Shown here in pieces: positions 1 through 11,741 of a stretch of DNA of 64,000 bases; the first letter of the stretch is position 1, and every line of letters starts with the position of its first letter. The position numbers were made by a program, and so were the translations under genes. Under the pieces are notes generated by a model that was not told the DNA's origin, made no database searches, and worked only from the letters and a program-made list of their open reading frames with translations. This stretch comes from an uncultured Candidatus Izemoplasmatales bacterium (GTDB lineage: Bacteria > Bacillota_I > Bacilli_A > Izemoplasmatales > Hujiaoplasmataceae), in assembly GCA_964535005.1 (NCBI GenBank), contig CAZHSG010000005.1, positions 5,647-69,646 on the forward strand. The letters run 5' to 3'.

Positions 1-2
1 CT

Positions 3-497
3 GGTTTATTAGGTGGTAGGGTAGCTGAAGAAGTTATCTTCGGAGAAATATCAACTGGAGCTCACAATGATTTAGAAAGAGCTACCGCTATAGCTAGAGC
101 AATGATAACACAATATGGTATGAGTGATAACCTAGGTCCTGTGACCTATGAAAAAGACTCAAACACTGTATTCCTAGGTAGAGATTACGGAAAATCAAAT
201 AACTTCTCAGAAGCTATCGCAACTGAAATTGACAAAGAAATCAGAGGCGTTATCCATGAATGTTATGAAGATGCTCGAGTTTTAATTACCAAACACCTGG
301 ACTTATTAAATACTATTGCTAAATACTTGCTAGATGTTGAAACATTAAATAAAGAAGATATAGATGAAATAGCTTCAACAGGTAAATTATCTAGATGGGA
401 CGACGTTTTAGCTGAAGATTTAGATGAGAAAAAACCTGAAGAAACAAAAAAAGAAACAAAAAAACCGATTAAAAAAACTGGAGATGTAAAACACTAA
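3..497 (+). CDS. ftsH: ATP-dependent zinc metalloprotease FtsH, C-terminal part (5' truncated by the window edge)
   Basis: The frame open from position 3 reads GLLGGRVAEEVIFGEISTGAHNDLERATAIARAMITQYGMS, the M41 peptidase domain signature of FtsH. Confidence 0.95.
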   Translation, partial: GLLGGRVAEEVIFGEISTGAHNDLERATAIARAMITQYGMSDNLGPVTYEKDSNTVFLGRDYGKSNNFSEAIATEIDKEIRGVIHECYEDARVLITKHLDLLNTIAKYLLDVETLNKEDIDEIASTGKLSRWDDVLAEDLDEKKPEETKKETKKPIKKTGDVKH

Positions 498-500
498 TAT

Positions 501-529
501 AATGGGGATACTTAATCGTATCCCTTATT
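501..529 (+). terminator. Hairpin after ftsH, possible intrinsic terminator
   Basis: GGGATAC-ttaatc-GTATCCC stem followed by a weak TTATT tail. Confidence 0.5.
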
Positions 530-547
530 GCTACATAAGGAGTCATT

Positions 548-805
548 ATGAGATTAGATAAATATTTAAAAGTTTCAAGAATATTCAAACGTAGAACGAT
601 TGCTAAAGAGGTAAGTAAAAACAATAGAATTTTAGTGAACGGTAGAACAGCTAAACCATCTACCAACATCGAAATGGATGATGTTTTAAAAATTACTTAT
701 GGTAACAAAGAATTAGTTGTTAAAGTTAAAGAAGTTACAACTCATGCAACTAAGGAAGCATCACAAAATATGTACGAAATTATTAGCGATAATAAATTGA
801 ATTAA
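548..805 (+). CDS. S4-domain RNA-binding protein (YabO/RqcP/Hsp15 family)
   Basis: MRLDKYLKVSRIFKRRT...NGRTAKPS S4 motif, 85 aa. Confidence 0.9.
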   Translation: MRLDKYLKVSRIFKRRTIAKEVSKNNRILVNGRTAKPSTNIEMDDVLKITYGNKELVVKVKEVTTHATKEASQNMYEIISDNKLN

Positions 806-843
806 TGATTTTATTGCGTTATAATAATGTGGGGTGAGCTCAA

Positions 844-1818
844 GTGAAAAAAATCTTAACATTAATCATCATGACTATCGTATCTTTATCAGTAACATCG
901 TGTATAAACGATCCTGGTTCGTACAATGTATATGTTACTGTATACCCAATGAAATATGTAGTTGAAGAAATCTTTGAAGGAACCGGCTATACTGTAGATA
1001 TAGTACCGGGTGTTACTTCACATGAAACTTCTGTAGATTGGTCACCAAAAGAAATCATAGCGATGACAGAAGCAACATACATGTTTTATGTCGGAGCTAA
1101 CTATGATTATTATATCGACAGCCAAATAAACAGTATCTTTACAAGAAAAGATGTAGAGTTAGTAAAAATTGAAGATGAAACAAACTATATAGAATTCATA
1201 AATGGTGTAGTTCACACTCATGAAGACGAGGGCCAGGAAGAAATCCTAGATGAAACCTTATTGGGCGTAGATCCACACTTTTGGATTTCACCATTGAAAG
1301 TTCAACAAGCAGCTGCGTTAATTTATGACAAGTTAGTTTTAAAGTTTGATGATCCAGAAGATCTAATGAAAAATAATTATCTAAATTTAGTAGCTGAATT
1401 GCAAGACCTCAGCGATGCTTTCACAGAAGCAATATCAAATTCAGACAATAAAATCATTATGACCTCAACTAATATTTATGGATACTTAAAAGCTGACTAT
1501 GGGCTTGAATACATTTCAATTTCGCCTGGTTATCATGAAGAAACAGAACAATTCACTAGCCAAGAAAAAGAAGAAATTGTTAACCACGCCGTTGAAAATA
1601 ACATTAAATACATAATATACGAACTACATACTACTTCACCTTTATCTAATTCAGTGTTTACTGAATTGGAAGACCGAGGTTTAGAACCTATAAAAGTAGA
1701 ATACAACATCCTACAAGCCTTGCCAGACGATGAAATAGTCAAAGGTAACGATTATATAACTTGTATGTATGACAATCTAGAAATATTAAAATTAGCCTTT
1801 GGCTATCAATCAGAATAG
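844..1818 (+). CDS. Metal (Zn/Mn) ABC transporter substrate-binding lipoprotein, ZnuA/AdcA-like
   Basis: Lipobox VTSC, VTVYP, SHE...WSPKEI, His/acidic loop HTHEDE, DPHFWISP motif. Confidence 0.85.
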   Translation: MKKILTLIIMTIVSLSVTSCINDPGSYNVYVTVYPMKYVVEEIFEGTGYTVDIVPGVTSHETSVDWSPKEIIAMTEATYMFYVGANYDYYIDSQINSIFTRKDVELVKIEDETNYIEFINGVVHTHEDEGQEEILDETLLGVDPHFWISPLKVQQAAALIYDKLVLKFDDPEDLMKNNYLNLVAELQDLSDAFTEAISNSDNKIIMTSTNIYGYLKADYGLEYISISPGYHEETEQFTSQEKEEIVNHAVENNIKYIIYELHTTSPLSNSVFTELEDRGLEPIKVEYNILQALPDDEIVKGNDYITCMYDNLEILKLAFGYQSE

Positions 1819-3320
<1,502 letters not shown>

Positions 3321-3321
<1 letters not shown>

Positions 3322-3357
3322 ATAGGCCAGCGCTTCAAGCGCTAGCCCTATTTTTTT
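3321..3357. terminator. Intrinsic terminator between convergent lysS and the 3356-4264 gene
   Basis: AATAGG..AGCGC-ttcaa-GCGCT..CCTATT followed by a T-run. Confidence 0.75.
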
Positions 3358-4264
3358 ACTCTTTATTTTCCTCTTTTTCTTCAACTACTTCAACTTCATC
3401 TAGAGACTCAATTTGAAGTGGATCTTCAACGATTTCTACGTCTTCAACATTCTCAACTTTAACTGTGGGGTCTGGGAAAACATAATCTTCAATATTACAA
3501 GTATTTTTGAACATTATTTCTGATTGAACCGCTGTATGATGGGATTTACCATTAGCTATTACTTTAGCTAAACACTTATCCATCTCTTCTACGTTGTTAA
3601 TTGTTTTATAATAATAAGCCATACGATAATTATATACTAATCTAGTAGACAAATATCCATCTTCCTTTGAAAAGTTTCTTTCGATTACTTCTCTATAGTG
3701 TTCTGGATCTACATCTAAATTTTTGATTGCCTTTAATATTTCTAAATAACTAGCAACAAAACTTAGATATTTTTTTTGTACACGGTTTTTAACTTCTTCC
3801 ATTCTGTTAATTGATAAATCAAATGTTTCTAAGTCTCCTTCTTCATAGGCAGAATAAGCAGTGAATGCAAATATAAGCACATGATAAAGATGATTTACTT
3901 TGGCTAAGTTAATTTGATTAAATGTATTAATAGCTTCACGGTATTTAGAATTATAATATAGTGCCATACCTAAATAAATCATAAATAATGACTTAACCGT
4001 TTCATTCGGTGCGTTTTCTACATTGTCTTTGGCTAACTTTAAAGCTCCTTCAACATCTAAATCATAATCTACTAACATATTAAATCTTGTAGAGAATGTT
4101 TGTAATGGTGCAGAGATTTTATATCTAATATAAATATACCCCGCTGAAACTATGATAAATATCCATAGCCAATTTAAATAATTATAAATAGCGTTAGTAG
4201 CTATAAATCCCACTGCTATTACTCCAAAAGCTATTAAAGTTGTTCTGTATTGTTTTTTGTTCAT
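3356..4264 (-). CDS. Hypothetical membrane protein with TPR-like helical repeats and an acidic tail
   Basis: Two N-terminal TM segments; YLGMALYYNSKYREAI TPR-like pattern. Confidence 0.7.
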   Translation of the reverse strand: MNKKQYRTTLIAFGVIAVGFIATNAIYNYLNWLWIFIIVSAGYIYIRYKISAPLQTFSTRFNMLVDYDLDVEGALKLAKDNVENAPNETVKSLFMIYLGMALYYNSKYREAINTFNQINLAKVNHLYHVLIFAFTAYSAYEEGDLETFDLSINRMEEVKNRVQKKYLSFVASYLEILKAIKNLDVDPEHYREVIERNFSKEDGYLSTRLVYNYRMAYYYKTINNVEEMDKCLAKVIANGKSHHTAVQSEIMFKNTCNIEDYVFPDPTVKVENVEDVEIVEDPLQIESLDEVEVVEEKEENKE

Positions 4265-4265
4265 G

Positions 4266-4847
4266 TTAAATATCCTTTCCTAAAACATAGTCTGATTCGT
4301 AATATAAACTAATTCCTAAAGTTTCAGCTATATCAACAAAGATATCTATAATACTATGGAATTCTATTTTATTTGAGCTAATCACTTTTTGAATTTCACT
4401 ATCAACATAAAGGTTGATATTTTCAGGTATTTCTTTTCTTTCACTCATAATATCTTCAAGATATTTAGATAAATCGTTAATAATCTTATTATCAAATTTT
4501 AAGTTGTTTTCTACCAACTCATATCGCAAATCTTCAATATATAATACATATCCAATTATTCTATCAAACCTCATAAACTCGTGAAAGTCATCTTTAAAGG
4601 TAGTTTTTAAGTAAGTCGTACATGTAAAAATTTGAGAGTGGATGTACTCTAATCCAATTTGAAAAATCTTTTGTAAGTCTGGATCAAATTCCATCCCATT
4701 ATCTTCAGTTTCACTACTTATAAAGTTTAATACTTCATATATAGGCATGAACCTAGTATATAAAGATGAATCATGACTTCTTAAATGTAATACAAATTTT
4801 TGGTTTTCTTTTAACCAAGAATTGTACTCTTTTAATATTTTATTCAT
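4266..4847 (-). CDS. Hypothetical protein
   Basis: 193-aa ORF with RBS GAGG and an upstream TG-n-TATAAT; lies 1 bp from the next gene. Confidence 0.75.
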   Translation of the reverse strand: MNKILKEYNSWLKENQKFVLHLRSHDSSLYTRFMPIYEVLNFISSETEDNGMEFDPDLQKIFQIGLEYIHSQIFTCTTYLKTTFKDDFHEFMRFDRIIGYVLYIEDLRYELVENNLKFDNKIINDLSKYLEDIMSERKEIPENINLYVDSEIQKVISSNKIEFHSIIDIFVDIAETLGISLYYESDYVLGKDI

Positions 4848-4883
4848 AGATTACCTCGTTAACATTATACAACAAAAAAAAAT

Positions 4884-4910
4884 AAAAACCACAAAATAAT
4901 TGTGGTTTTT
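4884..4910 (-). terminator. Intrinsic terminator of fba
   Basis: AAAAACCACAA/TTGTGGTTTTT inverted repeat just after the fba stop. Confidence 0.75.
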
Positions 4911-4916
4911 TTGTGT

Positions 4917-5783
4917 TTATGCTTTGTTGATTGAACCAAATAATTCCATTTTAGCTTTAACTGATTGTTTGATAGCTTCAACCCCAGGAGCTAATAATTT
5001 TCTAGGATCAAATCCTTTTCCTTTTAAATCTTTTCCAGCTTCAATGTATTTTCTAGTAGCTTCTGCAAATACTAATTGACATTCGGTATTAACATTAACT
5101 TTAGAAACACCCATTCTAATTGCTTTTTTAACCATTTTTGTTGGAATACCTGTTCCACCATGAAGTACTAATGGAATATCTCCAGAAACTTCATTCACTT
5201 CGTATAATACTTCGAAATCTAATCCAGACCAATTAGCGGGATATTGTCCGTGAATATTACCAATTCCGGCCGCTAAGAAATCAACACCTAGATCCGCGAT
5301 TAATTTACATTCTGCTGGATCCGCAACTTCTCCGCCACCAACAACACCATCTTCTTCTCCTCCGATAGCCCCAACTTCAGCTTCTATAGAGATTCCTAAT
5401 TTTCTTGTTTTACTTACTAATTCACGTGTAAGTTTAATATTCTCGTCGATTGGATAATGTGACCCATCAAACATAATTGATGAAAATCCAGCTTCTATAG
5501 CTTTCAAAGATCCTTCATAACTACCGTGATCTAAATGAAGCGCTACTGGCACTGTTATGTTTAAGCTTTCAATCATGGCTTTAACCATATCAACTACAAC
5601 TTTGTATCCCGTCATATAACGAGCTGCTCCTTCTGAAACACCTAGAATTACTGGTGAATTTGATTCTTGAGCTTGTAATAAAACTGCTTTTGTCCATTCT
5701 AAATTATTAATATTGAATGCCCCGACTGCGTATCCTTCTAGATATGCTTTGTCTAACATTCCTTTTGCGTTAACTAATGCCAT
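4917..5783 (-). CDS. fba: Class II fructose-1,6-bisphosphate aldolase
   Basis: AFNINNLEW, HLDHG, MFDGSH, GNIHG and VLHGGTG motifs. Confidence 0.97.
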   Translation of the reverse strand: MALVNAKGMLDKAYLEGYAVGAFNINNLEWTKAVLLQAQESNSPVILGVSEGAARYMTGYKVVVDMVKAMIESLNITVPVALHLDHGSYEGSLKAIEAGFSSIMFDGSHYPIDENIKLTRELVSKTRKLGISIEAEVGAIGGEEDGVVGGGEVADPAECKLIADLGVDFLAAGIGNIHGQYPANWSGLDFEVLYEVNEVSGDIPLVLHGGTGIPTKMVKKAIRMGVSKVNVNTECQLVFAEATRKYIEAGKDLKGKGFDPRKLLAPGVEAIKQSVKAKMELFGSINKA

Positions 5784-5861
5784 AAGTTTAATCCTCCTTA
5801 TATTTAATTCCTATATAATTATACATTTATCTATAACAAATGTAAAGAATATTTGTTTAGT

Positions 5862-7295
5862 TTAGTAACCAATATAAAAGGCTACTACTAATAATACTAT
5901 TGTTAACAATAAAGTAAGTAATTGAAGTTTATACGTCCACTTAAACCATTTACCATAACTAACGTTAGCTATACTTAACCCAATTAACAACACTCCGTTT
6001 GTAGGAAATATAACATTTGTGTATCCATCCCCAAATATAAATGCCAAAATTGCTAGTTCTTTGGAAATACCTATAAGAGTTACTAAAGGTATTAATATCG
6101 GCATTATTAGGAAAGCTTTTGCTGAAGCTGAACCAATAAAAAATTGAATAAACAATATTATTATATAGATTCCGATTACACCAACTATAGCAGATTTACC
6201 TACAAAGAATATTTCAAGGTAATGTAAAATACTATCCATTATTTGCCCTTCAGAAATAATATGTTTCACTGAGGTAGCCAGAATAATTAGCAAGGCAGCG
6301 GGTAAAACACTTAATATTCCTTTTAAGAATGTTTTTAGTACAAATTTTATTTTCTTGGTTACCAAGTAACCAGAAATTATTCCTCCGAGTAAGAATGTTG
6401 CTGCCATCAATATAATTGTAGGAATAGAAATGTCAAATATTAACTGTAATAAAGAAGCTCCTACAATCACAAATATCAATATAATAAATATCAAGGTATA
6501 AACTTTGAATATCTTATTCTCATTTTCTACTTTAATTGAAGAATTCAAATCAAAGTCTCTAGCTTTTTGTAAATCACTCTCATAAGTTAGTGATTTACTA
6601 GGATCTTTTTCGATTTTCTTAGCATACATTACTAAAAATGTAGATACAACAAAATACATGATAAAGAATACACCTAATCTATATAGAGCTCCTGACAAAA
6701 TGTTAATACCAGCAATTTCTGATGCTATACCTACCGAAAATGGATTCGTAATTGCACTGGCAAATCCAAATCCAGCTGCTAACAATGTCATTCCTAATGC
6801 TAGCAATGTATCAAACCCAAGTGATAACGATAATAAAATCATTATCGGTAAAAGAGCTACAGATTCTTCAAACACTCCGAAGAAAGACCCAAAAATCATA
6901 AATATTAAAACTATTAAACGTATTAGAATAAATTTTCTATCCTTAAAACGAAGAATCAATTTTTTTATAATAACTGCGATTCCATTTGTTTTTTCCATAA
7001 CTGTGAAAAATCCACCCAAAACAAATAAGAATAAACAAATCATAATAACCGTTATTCCATCTGAACTTCCAAATATTTCTATAGGGGCTGTGAATAATTT
7101 CCAAATAGATAAATTTTCCCCAGCTAAAAATGCAAAAGTATCAGGTATTATATTTCCATCAATGTCTCTTAAATACTCTCCTTGCGGTATCACATAAGTT
7201 AAAATAAACGCTACAACCATAAGTGATGCTAGTATTATTAGAACACTGAAGAAACTCTTTTTGCTAATGTTTATTAAATTTTTGTTTTCGTTCAT
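5862..7295 (-). CDS. YfcC/DcuC-like ion-transporter superfamily permease (amino acid/peptide antiporter-like)
   Basis: About 12 TM segments, LTYVIPQGEY N-terminus, NPFSVGIA, GDGYTNVIFPT and YGKWFKW motifs. Confidence 0.85.
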   Translation of the reverse strand: MNENKNLINISKKSFFSVLIILASLMVVAFILTYVIPQGEYLRDIDGNIIPDTFAFLAGENLSIWKLFTAPIEIFGSSDGITVIMICLFLFVLGGFFTVMEKTNGIAVIIKKLILRFKDRKFILIRLIVLIFMIFGSFFGVFEESVALLPIMILLSLSLGFDTLLALGMTLLAAGFGFASAITNPFSVGIASEIAGINILSGALYRLGVFFIMYFVVSTFLVMYAKKIEKDPSKSLTYESDLQKARDFDLNSSIKVENENKIFKVYTLIFIILIFVIVGASLLQLIFDISIPTIILMAATFLLGGIISGYLVTKKIKFVLKTFLKGILSVLPAALLIILATSVKHIISEGQIMDSILHYLEIFFVGKSAIVGVIGIYIIILFIQFFIGSASAKAFLIMPILIPLVTLIGISKELAILAFIFGDGYTNVIFPTNGVLLIGLSIANVSYGKWFKWTYKLQLLTLLLTIVLLVVAFYIGY

Positions 7296-7365
7296 CCAAG
7301 CTCTCCTTTAAGACAATCAATATATAAATAATATCATAAATTATATCAAAAAACTTTAATCCCAT

Positions 7366-7389
7366 AAAAAAAGAGCTCAAATGAGCTCT
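7366..7389 (-). terminator. Intrinsic terminator of tldDE
   Basis: AGAGCTCA-aa-TGAGCTCT stem with a T-run on the minus strand. Confidence 0.75.
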
Positions 7390-7397
7390 CTAGTTTA

Positions 7398-8714
7398 TTA
7401 ACTACCTGAAACAGGCATTGATTTAATTTTAATAGATGGACAAGTAACACCATAATACGTGGTTCTTATGTCATCCCCTACCATAATTACTTCTTTAAGC
7501 ATATCAATAAAGTTTCCAGAAACTGTTATTAAAGCAACTGGTTTAACTTTTTTACCATCAACTACATAGTATCCAGCAGCTTGTAATGAGAAGTCACCAC
7601 TTACAGGATTAGCTCCAGCGTGAGCGCCTTGAACTTCAGTTATATATATACCGTCTTTAATAGATTTAATCAGTTCATCTGCAGAAGTTTTCCCAGCTTC
7701 AACTTTTAAGTTAACAGCTGATACTGATCCACCAAATCCGTTACCAGTAGATTTAACTCCATCTTTTTTAGCAGTAACAAGATTGTGTAAATATGTTTTT
7801 AGTACTCCAGATTTAACTAAGTATTTAACTTTAGTTGCAACACCTTCATCATCAAATGAACGGCTGCTTGAACTTTTCTTCATAAATGGATCATCAACTA
7901 TGTTAATTAAAGTTGATCCAACTTCAGTTTCAAGTTTATCTTTTAATAAAGATAATCCTTTTTGAACAGCGTCCGCAGAAAATACTCCTTGGAAAGCAGA
8001 TAATAAAGTTGAAAATGCCATATTATTAAATACTATTTCATAGTTCTTAGAAGGAACAGGTTTAGCACCTAGTGAATTTAATGCTTCTTCTGCCATTTTT
8101 TTAGCAAGTTCTTTAACGTTATAATCTTTAAAATCATTAGAGATTAACACATCAAATCCAACTCTTTGATCTTCTTTGTCAGCAACAATTACTTGACCAC
8201 CGATATAACTTGAATTGGCTTTGTTATATAACTTTAACCCTTTTGAATTTTGAAGTAATACTGAGTTAGTTGATTCTGAATACATTGTTTCTACATTTTT
8301 AACTCTCTTATCATATTTTCTTAGATATAAGTCCATTTCTTTAAGTGCTTCGATTTTTACTGCTACATCTAGTTTTGTTAAATCTTCGTTGTAGATATCA
8401 GTTAAATCTTCGTATTTGTCATCACCTGCATAGATGATTGCATCATCTAATGAGTCAATAACTTTAGCGCTAGCTATAAGAGTTTCAACTATTTCATCAA
8501 TTAATCTGTCTTCTAGAACTTCAGTTTTATAGACACCCATTTTATTGTTATAAAGTCCTCTAATAGTTAAAGCAGAGCTTTTAGCTATTTCATATTTATC
8601 AATATCGCCTTCAAATACTTCAATACTTAGTGTACTAGAATTTGAAAGGTATATTTGAATGTCTTGGATTCCTTTAGCCTTAGCTACTTTAAACAACTTA
8701 GCTATATTCATCAT
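7398..8714 (-). CDS. pmbA: TldE/PmbA family protein (start refined to ATG 8714)
   Basis: SFDDEGV, GANPVSGDFSL and ITVSGNF motifs; no HExxxH; directly follows tldD. Confidence 0.9.
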   Translation of the reverse strand: MMNIAKLFKVAKAKGIQDIQIYLSNSSTLSIEVFEGDIDKYEIAKSSALTIRGLYNNKMGVYKTEVLEDRLIDEIVETLIASAKVIDSLDDAIIYAGDDKYEDLTDIYNEDLTKLDVAVKIEALKEMDLYLRKYDKRVKNVETMYSESTNSVLLQNSKGLKLYNKANSSYIGGQVIVADKEDQRVGFDVLISNDFKDYNVKELAKKMAEEALNSLGAKPVPSKNYEIVFNNMAFSTLLSAFQGVFSADAVQKGLSLLKDKLETEVGSTLINIVDDPFMKKSSSSRSFDDEGVATKVKYLVKSGVLKTYLHNLVTAKKDGVKSTGNGFGGSVSAVNLKVEAGKTSADELIKSIKDGIYITEVQGAHAGANPVSGDFSLQAAGYYVVDGKKVKPVALITVSGNFIDMLKEVIMVGDDIRTTYYGVTCPSIKIKSMPVSGS

Positions 8715-8715
8715 T

Positions 8716-10110
8716 TTAAGCACCCCTCTTTCCACCAACAGTAACTCCCGTTACCCTTAGTGTTGGTTGTCCAACATCAGCAGGTATTGCCCCTGATGCA
8801 GAACCACACATACCTCTTGCGCTATCTAAATTATTAGCAATCATATCTATTTTGTATAAGATATTACCACCGTTACCTACTATTGAAGCACCTCTTACTG
8901 GTTCAGCAATTTTGCCGTCTCTAATCATATAACCTTCCATAACAGCGAAATTAAAATCACCATTCCCAGGGTTAACAGATCCACCACCAAGTTTTTTAGC
9001 AAATAAACCATACTCTGTAGCAGCTATGATTTCTTCAACAGTTGATTCTCCATTATCAATATAAGTATTACTCATTCTTGAAATAGGAGCAAATTTGTAA
9101 TTTTGTCTTCTTGAAGAGCCCGTAGGTTCAGTTTCCATTCTTCTACCGTTGATTTTATCAACCATATAAGATTTTAAAACTCCTTTTTCAATTAATACTC
9201 TACGTTGTTGAGGATAACCCTCATCATCAAAGTTAGCAGAACCCCAACTATTTTCTAAAGTACCGTCGTCGATTGCTGTAACGATATCAGATGCAACTTT
9301 TTCTCCCATTTTCCCACAGAAAACTGAAGCGTTTTTAGCAACTGAAGAAGCTTCTAGAGGATGTCCACAAGCTTCATGGAATATAACTCCACCAAATCCA
9401 TTATGGATTACTACAGGCATAACTCCACCTGGACATTCTTCAGCGTTTAACATTGCAACTGCGATTTTAGCAGCTGATATAGCGTATTCTTCAATATCTA
9501 TTTCTTTGAACAAGTATTCATAACCTTTACCAGAACCAGGAGCTTCTCCCCCAGTTTGCATTTCGCCATCTCTTGAAGCAACGGTATTAATACTAATTCT
9601 TACTCTAACTCTCGTCTCGGTAACGAATCTACCTTCTGAATTAGCGATTAAAACTGTTTGTTCTGAATCTCCAATACCAACAATTACTTGTTTAATTACT
9701 TCATCGTAAGCGGCTGCAGCTTTGGAAGCTTTTTTCATATAAGCAACTTTAGCTGCTAAAGAAACATCGCTTGGTTTAATTTTAACTCCATGTCTTTTAC
9801 CTACTTCTAGTTCTTGAAGTGGTAGTCTTTTAGTTAATTCATCAGCAGTAAAAGATTTTGATAGATCATCAGCTAATTTCAATAATTCTTTTGGATCTTT
9901 ACTATTAGTATATCCATAAACTATTTGAAATTTTTTAGCTAGTCTAATTCCAACTCCAAATTGCTTATTGCTATTAACTTTTTCTAATCTTCCTGACATT
10001 GATTGAAGCGTTGTCATGTTGGTATCTTCTACGAAGACTTCTGAAAAATCTGCGCCACGAGTTAAACCAGCATCTAATAACTCTTCTATTAATTTTTTCT
10101 CTAATAACAT
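8716..10110 (-). CDS. tldD: TldD family metalloprotease
   Basis: HEACGHPLE zinc motif, DDEG, RMSNTY, CGS..G.IPADVGQP. Confidence 0.93.
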   Translation of the reverse strand: MLLEKKLIEELLDAGLTRGADFSEVFVEDTNMTTLQSMSGRLEKVNSNKQFGVGIRLAKKFQIVYGYTNSKDPKELLKLADDLSKSFTADELTKRLPLQELEVGKRHGVKIKPSDVSLAAKVAYMKKASKAAAAYDEVIKQVIVGIGDSEQTVLIANSEGRFVTETRVRVRISINTVASRDGEMQTGGEAPGSGKGYEYLFKEIDIEEYAISAAKIAVAMLNAEECPGGVMPVVIHNGFGGVIFHEACGHPLEASSVAKNASVFCGKMGEKVASDIVTAIDDGTLENSWGSANFDDEGYPQQRRVLIEKGVLKSYMVDKINGRRMETEPTGSSRRQNYKFAPISRMSNTYIDNGESTVEEIIAATEYGLFAKKLGGGSVNPGNGDFNFAVMEGYMIRDGKIAEPVRGASIVGNGGNILYKIDMIANNLDSARGMCGSASGAIPADVGQPTLRVTGVTVGGKRGA

Positions 10111-10170
10111 TTACTTCCTCCTTATTTATCGTTACATTGATTTTATCATATGTTATAGCATTTTCAAAGT

Positions 10171-10201
10171 AAAAAGAGTGACTTTTTAACAAGTCACTCT
10201 T
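10171..10201 (-). terminator. Intrinsic terminator after the M32 peptidase gene
   Basis: AAGAGTGACTT/AAGTCACTCTT perfect inverted repeat with a T-run. Confidence 0.8.
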
Positions 10202-10210
10202 ACTTATTTT

Positions 10211-11710
10211 TTATAAGTATAACTTTGAGTATTTTTCTTTTAAATATTTAATGTAGTATTTAGCGTTAAATTCTTCTCCAGTAACATCCAATAAGATTTC
10301 TTTTGGAGTTTTACTCGAACCAAATTTGTGAATTTTATTCTTCAACCAGTTATTAATTTCTTTGATGTTATTGTCTTTAATTAGTTGAGTTATATCCAAT
10401 TCTTTTAACATCGTATAGTAGATTTGAGCCGAATAAGCTGTACCAAGAGCGTAAGTAGGAAAATATCCTATCATACCACCACTCCAGTGTACATCTTGCA
10501 ACACACCATCACTATTGGATTTTGGCCTAATTCCAAGGTATTCCTCCATTAGGTCATCCCATAATTTTGGTAATTCGTCCACAGAAACTTCATCAGCCAT
10601 GATTTTTCTCTCAATATCATATCTTAACATGATATGTAATGAGTAAGTTAATTCATCAGCTTCAACCCTTACTAGAGATGCTTCTGCTTTATTAACTGCT
10701 TTGAACATGTCTTTTGGTGTAATTCCTTTGGTTTGTTCCGGGAATAATTCTTTGAATTTATCAAAGTGTGTTTCCCAAAATTCTAAGCTTCTTCCTACTA
10801 TGTTTTCATAGAACCTAGACTGTGATTCATGGATACCCATTGAGGTACCACCAGTCAAGAACGTTCCATCAAATTCAGTAGAGATTTGTTGCTCATAAGT
10901 TGCATGACCTAATTCGTGAATAGCCGCGAAAACACTGGAAAAAACATAGTTTTCTAAATATCGAGTTGTGAACCTTACATCCTCAGGAGAGGTGTCCCAA
11001 GTGAATGGGTGGACTGACGTTTTCATCAAGCCGCTTTCTCTGTTAAAGCTCATTACATCAATTAAATAGTCGCAATACATTTCTTGTTTTTTTGGATCAT
11101 AATAGTCATTGATAAACTTATCATAATCGTTATTTCCTGCCTTTAAAACTTCTTTTACGAATGGAACTAATTCTTCTTTTAATTGGTTAAAAAATTTGTC
11201 ATATTCGACAGTTGTCATACCCTCTTCGTACTCATCTAACAAAGTATCGTAAGGATTTGCTTTTGGAGCATAATATAAAGCAAATTTTTTAGTAAAATCA
11301 ATAATTTGTTTTAAATTGCCTTTAAATGAATCATAGTCATTATTCTCTTTAGCGTCTTGCCAAACTTGTTGAGACATTTGAATAAGTTTTTGATACTCTA
11401 CAAATTCTTCTTCAGGTACATTAATTATTTTTTTTAAACTCTTTTTTGCTTTTTTAACTTCCCTTTGTAAATGGTCATCTAATGTATCAATTTTAGAAAA
11501 TAGTTGATCGACAACATTTTGATATTCTTTTGATGTTTCTAAAGCAAATAAATCTCTTGATAAAATCCCTAGTACTTCAGCTCTTCTTTTAAATGAATTT
11601 CTCGGAGCTTCGGTGTTAGAATCCCATCCGGCTAATTGAAACATATACGTATATGCTTTTATCTTATTAACCATTTCTCTAAACTTTTGTTCTAGTTGCA
11701 TATTCATCAC
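10211..11710 (-). CDS. Carboxypeptidase M32 (Taq family)
   Basis: HPF, DVRFTT, HELGH, HESQS, RVEAD, QDVHW and GYFPTY motifs. Confidence 0.96.
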   Translation of the reverse strand: MMNMQLEQKFREMVNKIKAYTYMFQLAGWDSNTEAPRNSFKRRAEVLGILSRDLFALETSKEYQNVVDQLFSKIDTLDDHLQREVKKAKKSLKKIINVPEEEFVEYQKLIQMSQQVWQDAKENNDYDSFKGNLKQIIDFTKKFALYYAPKANPYDTLLDEYEEGMTTVEYDKFFNQLKEELVPFVKEVLKAGNNDYDKFINDYYDPKKQEMYCDYLIDVMSFNRESGLMKTSVHPFTWDTSPEDVRFTTRYLENYVFSSVFAAIHELGHATYEQQISTEFDGTFLTGGTSMGIHESQSRFYENIVGRSLEFWETHFDKFKELFPEQTKGITPKDMFKAVNKAEASLVRVEADELTYSLHIMLRYDIERKIMADEVSVDELPKLWDDLMEEYLGIRPKSNSDGVLQDVHWSGGMIGYFPTYALGTAYSAQIYYTMLKELDITQLIKDNNIKEINNWLKNKIHKFGSSKTPKEILLDVTGEEFNAKYYIKYLKEKYSKLYL

Positions 11711-11741
11711 CTCTAAAAAATATTATACTACATTCTATTGA

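Noticed and set aside
6658-7197. Long antisense ORFs in the track (e.g. 6658-7197, 11941-12363, 13469-13909, 14691-15116, 44382-44828, 50543-51085, 58448-58765)
   Set aside because: They are shadows of well-supported genes on the opposite strand, with no RBS or family motifs
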